From a virus: 64,000 nucleotides of DNA. Below the pieces are notes generated by a model. That model worked only from the letters and a program-made list of their open reading frames with translations. It was not told where the DNA came from and did not search any database. Below, one piece after another: positions 58,389 to 64,000 of this stretch. How positions within the stretch are numbered: position 1 is the first letter of the stretch; every line of letters starts with the position of its first letter. The stretch spans positions 1 to 64,000 of IMG/VR virus record IMGVR_UViG_3300025087_000044; one strand, given 5' to 3'. The translations under genes and the position numbers were made by a program.

Positions 58389-58510
58389 TTATCCACAGTA
58401 TTTTAGTTTGACTAATTAAGGTTAAGTTGTACAATATAAATGACGTTTGGTTTATGCACACTCAAAACCCCCAAAAAGACCTTTACAACCTATAAAAACA
58501 ATGCTATAAT
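58389..58510 (+). promoter_or_regulatory. DnaA box(es) plus repeated phage promoter
   Basis: TTATCCACA 58389; TTATGCACA 58452; TTTACA-N14-TGCTATAAT. Confidence 0.8.
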
Positions 58511-58547
58511 TACAATATAAAACAATAAAACAACGAACAAAAACAGT

Positions 58548-59720
58548 ATGTCTTATGTAGAAAAAAATAGTCTTTTCGGTGATGTTGAAAGAAGGTCAGT
58601 CGATGATTTAACTGGAAAGATAAGTAAGATAATCCATAAGCCAGAGATTGTTAAAGTAGAGTCGTTTTCGCAAAGTGGGTTGTTTTATGAGGTTGATATA
58701 AAAAACTCAACCTGTTCCTGTCCAGCATTTCAAACAAACAAGAGAATCCCATGTAAACATCTTAATAAGGCATTCGGATTTAATTTTGAAAAGCAAGAAA
58801 TTCCTTTGTCTCTCATAAAATCCTTGGTTCAAAAGGCTGTCAGAAGAAGAGAAGTTGAGGTCGCTATCAGGTCTTCTAAGTTAATGATGTCCATGGATTT
58901 AAATCAGTTTTTAAGAAGATGGTTAATAATTATAATAGAAGATGCTATTTTACACCCAGATATTGGTTTTATAGCTAAAATTCTCAATAGTGGAAAAGGT
59001 TTTCGTGATTTGTCTACTCAAGAAAAAGATGTAATAATAAATTGTGTTTTTCAGGTTGCAGAATCAGAAGAGAGAGACGTGTGGGTAACTAGAGATAGAC
59101 CATATCTTGACAATGATGGAAATGATATAGTTTTGCGAGGAAAAAATTCAGAGTATAAAGTTGTTTCGTTGCCAGATAATATAAAAGACATGCTGTTTGG
59201 TATAAAATACAGATGTGGAATTGGTGGCATGAGAGGAGATATTGTATTCATGAATAATTATTATTATTTATGGGTTGATAGGTTTGTTAATCTTGGCTGG
59301 ACATTCGACGATGTGTGTAAGTTTTTTAAAAAATCTAGTTTGAAGTTCGATGATGTTTGTATGTTGGAGAAAAAAGACATTATTCCAGAAGCTGCTGATT
59401 TTCATTGCACTCCTCTTTTAAGAATAATGCTTAAAAAAGAATACTTTGTGGATTTACTTCAAAAGTATTATCCAAACCAAATACTAGAAGATTTGAAAGG
59501 GATAGAAGGAGTTGCTGGTTCTTTTTTGTGGAGACAGATGAGTTGTATAAATTTAAAAAGAATTTATGATGGTTCACAAAACATGCAAGCTGTATGGTAT
59601 TCTTGTGATGGAGGCGAAAAGTTTGATAGAAAAATAGATGAGTATATTTTTAGTGTTATTAAAAATGAGGTATATAGAATAATGAATTGGTACATAAATA
59701 AAGCAGTTACTCTAAAATAA
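58548..59720 (+). CDS. SWIM zinc finger plus RarA/MgsA C-terminal-like helical domain
   Basis: CSCPAF...PCKHL; KSLVQKAVRR...RRWLIIIIED; ADFHC. Confidence 0.65.
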   Translation: MSYVEKNSLFGDVERRSVDDLTGKISKIIHKPEIVKVESFSQSGLFYEVDIKNSTCSCPAFQTNKRIPCKHLNKAFGFNFEKQEIPLSLIKSLVQKAVRRREVEVAIRSSKLMMSMDLNQFLRRWLIIIIEDAILHPDIGFIAKILNSGKGFRDLSTQEKDVIINCVFQVAESEERDVWVTRDRPYLDNDGNDIVLRGKNSEYKVVSLPDNIKDMLFGIKYRCGIGGMRGDIVFMNNYYYLWVDRFVNLGWTFDDVCKFFKKSSLKFDDVCMLEKKDIIPEAADFHCTPLLRIMLKKEYFVDLLQKYYPNQILEDLKGIEGVAGSFLWRQMSCINLKRIYDGSQNMQAVWYSCDGGEKFDRKIDEYIFSVIKNEVYRIMNWYINKAVTLK

Positions 59721-59721
59721 C

Positions 59722-60692
59722 ATGGGAAGATATTGCATTCATTACGAGAACATTCACGGGAGTGCTATTTCTAATATAGGAGATAGACTTGTTGAGTATC
59801 TAAAACTTAAAGGACACGATGTTGTTGTTGATTTTAAATTTAACAATCTTAATGATGTTAATATAATAAATCTTCTTCCTCATCATCATAATAAAATTAA
59901 AGACCTTGGAAGATTCATTAAGATTAAAGACATGGTAACTGTTTTTACTCCAAATTTCGAAGAATATAGTCCTAATGAACGATGTTCTTTTTTAGTTAAT
60001 GGTGTTTATAATAAGATAGTGTTTACTTCGTTGTTTTCTTATGAAGAGGCGATTAAGTTTTGTAAAAGTTATTTCTCTCCGTCTGTGTGTCTTGACATGT
60101 TTAAAAACTTCGTGTTGCTTTACAATGGAATAGATACTGAGCATATAAAAAGTTCAATGTCTAACAATAGAAATTCTTTCATAGTTCCCTTCAACAGAAA
60201 GAATAATCAACAAAAAAATTATAAGTTGCATTGTGAACTAAGTAGTTCTATTAAAACCTATCTGTCTGTGAAAGGATTTGACACAAAGCATACTTTTTTG
60301 TGAATAATTTTTTTGTAAAATCTCTTGATTGCGTAGACGATGTTTATAATTGTATGTTCCAGTATTCATCAAGGGAAGATTATGTCAATTACATAAAGAA
60401 TGTTGGGTTTTTTGTGTCAACTTCTAATTACGAAAGTTTTGGACTTTATTATTTAGAGTTATTGGCTAGTGGTGTTGTTGGTGTGTTTGTAGATAAGCCT
60501 TGGATTAGGAAATTGCTTCCAGATTATAAATATATAGTAAACAAAAATCACGTTGTGTCTGTAGTAGGACAGCTTCATTCTGATTACGTAGCGGCTAATA
60601 AGTACATTCACGATGATGTTATCCCTTTCATAAAATTAAAATATAACGACACTGTTTTTTATGAGTCACTGATAAGTCTTTTTAAATTATGA
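59722..60692 (+). CDS. GT-B glycosyltransferase split in two ORFs by a -1 frameshift at a T6 run (60294-60299)
   Basis: IVFTS...LYNGID...PFNR..QQKN then STSNYESFGLYYLELLASG. Confidence 0.7.
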
Positions 60693-62130
60693 GAGTATTA
60701 TACATTCCGTTCTTCTCCAACAGTAGCAATCATAATGGTTGTAGTATCTATAAACCATGAAGATTTTTTTTAGGGCATGGGTTGATTCGGATGAAAGTGT
60801 ATTTGTTTATTTCCTTGTCCCAGACAATGTTAAGTATTCTTATGACGATGACGCTCTTAATCACCCAAGAATAAAGAAGATTCCAGTGCCAATGATTGGA
60901 AGAGACCAGTATGACGAGAAAGTTATTGTGCCAGAAAGTCTTTATGCTCTATTCAACACAGACGTTGGCAAGTATTACTATGATTTGGTGTTCTGTGATA
61001 AGGCTCAGATAGCAAATCTTGTTAAGATAATGTTAAGTAGAAAGTTTAAGGTAAATAGCTTTGACACTCTGCCCTATGTTACATTGACTCAGTTTTTAAT
61101 AAAAAAAGAGGGTAGATTTCAAAACATACTAGATGAAATTGAGTTTAGTCATTGTCTTGGGTGGATGTCTGGATACAATCTTTTTGAGAATGAAAGAAAT
61201 GCTAGTCAATGCCTTAGTGTTGCTAAGAAATACTTACTGCCAACTCATGTAATGAAGATTAAGGAAAAGTCTAAAATTCAAAACATTTATGGATTAAACA
61301 CGAAGGTTTTGGATAAGTATTATACTGGAAACACTTATAAGGCTGGAGAAGAGATTAGAATAAATTTTGCCAATAGAGCAGCAATTCATTACAAGTTAGA
61401 GGAAATTCTTGATGTTGTTGATTACATTTTTAAAAGTGGAATAAACATAAGATTCATAATAACCACTCCAACCATTGCTCTTGGAATGTATGCTCACAAA
61501 AGAATAAGTGAAATGAAGAGAAATGGAATGAAGATTGATGTTCATTGTGGCTTGAGTCAGCCTCAGTTTTATGAGATAGCAGCTACTTGTCATTTCTTTA
61601 TTTCAGCAATAGATGAGTTGCAGTCCCCTAATGCTTATATGGAACAGCTTTATCTTGGACAGGTTGGCTTGTTCCCTAAACATAATTGGGTTGATGGATT
61701 TTTCAAAGACTATCCATATAGATGGAACAATTTAAAAGATGCGTTTGTCACCTTGAAAGAGTTTTCTCAAAATCCAGTGCCAATGATTGAAAGAAATTTG
61801 ATTGAGAGAAACAAGTTAAAGGAAGAGTATGATATATCACAAAACTCAGTAAAAGTTCTTGACTGGCTAAAGAAAGATGTTTTGCCTCTTTACACTTCAA
61901 CTAGCGACTCACAAACAGACTTAGTAAGAGAGTGTGTAGAAAAGGCTGGTTTTCCAAATAACATTACCATAACCGAGTTTGCTGAAATGCTAAAGAAATA
62001 CTCAGCAACTAAAATAGACTTGTATGAGCCAACCTTTAGGCGAGTAAACAAGTTTGACTATATAAAGTCACTTATGTCGCTTGGCTATAAAGATACCTGT
62101 GAAGAGGAATTAACATTTATTAAAACTTAA
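60689..62130 (+). CDS. GT-B glycosyltransferase-like protein; natural N-terminus MRVLYIPFF is -1 out of frame with the 60757 ORF
   Basis: MRVLYI start overlapping upstream stop; INFANR, EIAATCHFFIS..ELQSPNAYMEQLYLG. Confidence 0.65.
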
Positions 62131-62139
62131 CTTTAAACT

Positions 62140-62844
62140 ATGTCCACTGAAATTAAACAGAATCAGCTTATAGACATTAACTTGTTAGAGCCAGCAGAGT
62201 TCAATCCTAACAAGATGCCTGACAAGAAATTTAATAAGTTGGTCGAGAGAATAGCAGAACAGGGATTCAAGGACCCAATTAGTGTTGTTCCTCTTGAGGA
62301 TGGTAGATATAGGATTATTGAAGGAGAACATAGATGGCGTGCTGGAAAGTATTTGGATATGTCTCAAGTGCCAGTTTTTATACACACAGACTGGGATGAT
62401 GATAAGCAAAAGTTTGAGATAGTTAAGAGTAACATTCTCAAAGGAGAGATTGATGTAGAGAAATTCACTAAACTTGTCAATGGTCTAAACGACAAATATG
62501 AAAACGATATTTTGTCAGACATGATGGGGTTCACTGATGAGGCTGAGTTTGGGAAGTTCTACGAGAAAGTTCGTTCTGGCTTGCCAGATGAATTGAAAGA
62601 CAAACTCGATGCTGTTAAAGATGAGATTAAAACAATAGACGACCTTAGCAATATCCTGAACCGCTTGTTTAGAGAGTATGGCTCAACTTTAGAGCAAGGT
62701 TTCATGATGTTTGACTATGGCGGCAAGGACAATATCTGGATTAAGTGTAATGACCATTTATGGAAAAAAGTTGTTGAAATAAAAAACAAGTGTACTGCTG
62801 AAAGCAAGGACATCAACGATACATTCATTGAGTACTTGAAATAA
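62140..62844 (+). CDS. ParB/Srx N-terminal domain protein
   Basis: FNPNKM...IAEQGFKDPISV...IIEGEHRWRA. Confidence 0.9.
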   Translation: MSTEIKQNQLIDINLLEPAEFNPNKMPDKKFNKLVERIAEQGFKDPISVVPLEDGRYRIIEGEHRWRAGKYLDMSQVPVFIHTDWDDDKQKFEIVKSNILKGEIDVEKFTKLVNGLNDKYENDILSDMMGFTDEAEFGKFYEKVRSGLPDELKDKLDAVKDEIKTIDDLSNILNRLFREYGSTLEQGFMMFDYGGKDNIWIKCNDHLWKKVVEIKNKCTAESKDINDTFIEYLK

Positions 62845-62997
62845 TATGAAAACAACAACAGAAGAACAATCTAAAGTAGTTGAAGATAAAATAACGGGAC
62901 GCTCAACTGCAACTGGTGAATTGTTTTTAGAAAGAAGTAAATTGGCTAAAATAATTGTTGAATTGTTTGACAGGATAGAAGAACTTGAGAATAAGTT

Positions 62998-63069
62998 GCG
63001 TCAATAATTCATGGGTTAGAATCTGAGATTTCCAATCTCGGTAAAAGGGTTCAAGTCCCTTTTGACGCT
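62998..63069 (+). tRNA. tRNA-Gly(TCC)
   Basis: GCGTCAA/TTGACGC; TGAGA-TTTCCAA-TCTCG; U73. Confidence 0.92.
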
Positions 63070-63071
63070 TC

Positions 63072-63252
63072 GTGGGTATCCATGAGGTTGTACGCAGGAT
63101 ACATCTAGCACTCCAATTAAAAGCGACTGATGAGAGAGTAACCCTCTCGAAACTCATGAGAGTCTCGCGGAGTAGCCCTAGGAGTGGAATAACTGGCTAC
63201 CAGCAACCTCTTTAGCAAATAGTACCTTACACAACTTACTGGCTAATACCAC
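63072..63252 (+). ncRNA. Unnamed structured RNA downstream of tRNA-Gly (homolog of 17051..17274)
   Basis: Shared ordered blocks and covarying helices. Confidence 0.7.
63123..63168 (+). ncRNA. Type I hammerhead ribozyme, predicted cleavage after C63164
   Basis: GCGA-CTGATGA-GAGAG(TAACC)CTCTC-GAA-ACTC(ATGA)GAGT-C-TCGC. Confidence 0.92.
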
Positions 63253-63267
63253 AAGGTCAAAACAAAT

Positions 63268-63660
63268 ATGCCCTTGCGTTATAATCGTATGGATAAGAAT
63301 ATAAGTGAAATGTTGAATTGCTTCATGGACAGCAATCTTAGAATAAAGGAAAGCTCAGAAATTGATGTTCCTAAAAGAACTGGAGATACGGGGTTTGACG
63401 GGGACGTGTGTTCTTATGCAGTAGGAGGCTTTCCGGTTCCTAGTGGTACAGTCCCTATGACTGGTTGGAATTGGTGGCAAGATTATTATTACCCCAATGT
63501 AATAAGAGAAGTCTATCCTGTATACGTCCAAGAAAGAACAATTGATTCCGGCAAGAAAGCCTATGAGATAATTAAAGCTCTCAATGACAAGAAGATTATC
63601 AAACTGGACAAGGTGTCAGACTTTGTTGAAGCTATGGACTTATTGATTAAAATGTTGTAG
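63268..63660 (+). CDS. Hypothetical protein
   Basis: ORF downstream of the ncRNA. Confidence 0.6.
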   Translation: MPLRYNRMDKNISEMLNCFMDSNLRIKESSEIDVPKRTGDTGFDGDVCSYAVGGFPVPSGTVPMTGWNWWQDYYYPNVIREVYPVYVQERTIDSGKKAYEIIKALNDKKIIKLDKVSDFVEAMDLLIKML

Positions 63661-64000
63661 ACTAAACAGCTAACTCCAGTAAGTTGTGTAAGTTTAGATA
63701 AAATACGTTTAAGTGGTTTAAATATAATATATGGAAGAAGTTGTCAATCCCAAAATAAGTACCGAGGCAAGGATAGGGTATACCGTTAAGGCAAATCAAT
63801 GGAGTGCTAAAGGTGGATTGATAAGTCATCTCATGAAGACTGAGCCTGGATTTAGAGAGTTCTTTCATGAAGAGATAATGAAGAAGAGTATTCCTGTTGG
63901 AGTGTTTATTGCTAGAATGAGAGAAAAGTTTCCCAAGCTTGATGAAGAGATGTATCCGTGTGAAGCTACGGTATATAACTATAAGAGGAAGTTAAAGAAA

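Overview
Phage DNA throughout, most likely two genomes joined in one contig. Segment A (1 to ~40,985) is an apparently complete ~40.86-kb podovirus-like genome. Bases 1-127 recur exactly at 40859-40985. The minus-strand late operon encodes TerS, TerL, a Com-like zinc finger, portal, scaffold, Mu-gpT-type capsid, tail adaptor/nozzle/fibres, an M23 endolysin and three putative ejection proteins carrying M23 and ART-like domains. The plus-strand early arm encodes a replication initiator, a primase-helicase, an SSB-like protein and many small ORFs. Segment B (~41 kb to the end) is a more AT-rich, all-plus-strand early/middle region of a related, larger phage. It carries RNase H, an intein-containing RtcB, an Rnl2-like ligase, a Cas4-like nuclease, three tRNAs, glycosyltransferases and a ParB-like protein. 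Gene style suggests a CPR/Patescibacteria host (inference). Main observations: (1) a homologous, covarying ~180-225-nt structured RNA lies directly behind a tRNA-Gly-type gene in both segments, and one copy has a complete hammerhead ribozyme in its variable arm; (2) three HNH endonuclease cassettes each sit beside a duplicated end of the gene they appear to have invaded (DUF1064-like, terL, rtcB); (3) there is an array of three tRNA-like genes with aberrant anticodon arms; (4) a C4/CI-like antisense cloverleaf occurs in both segments; (5) promoters are coupled to DnaA boxes; (6) RtcB contains an Ala-start intein. All alignments and folds were done by eye and no database searches were run.
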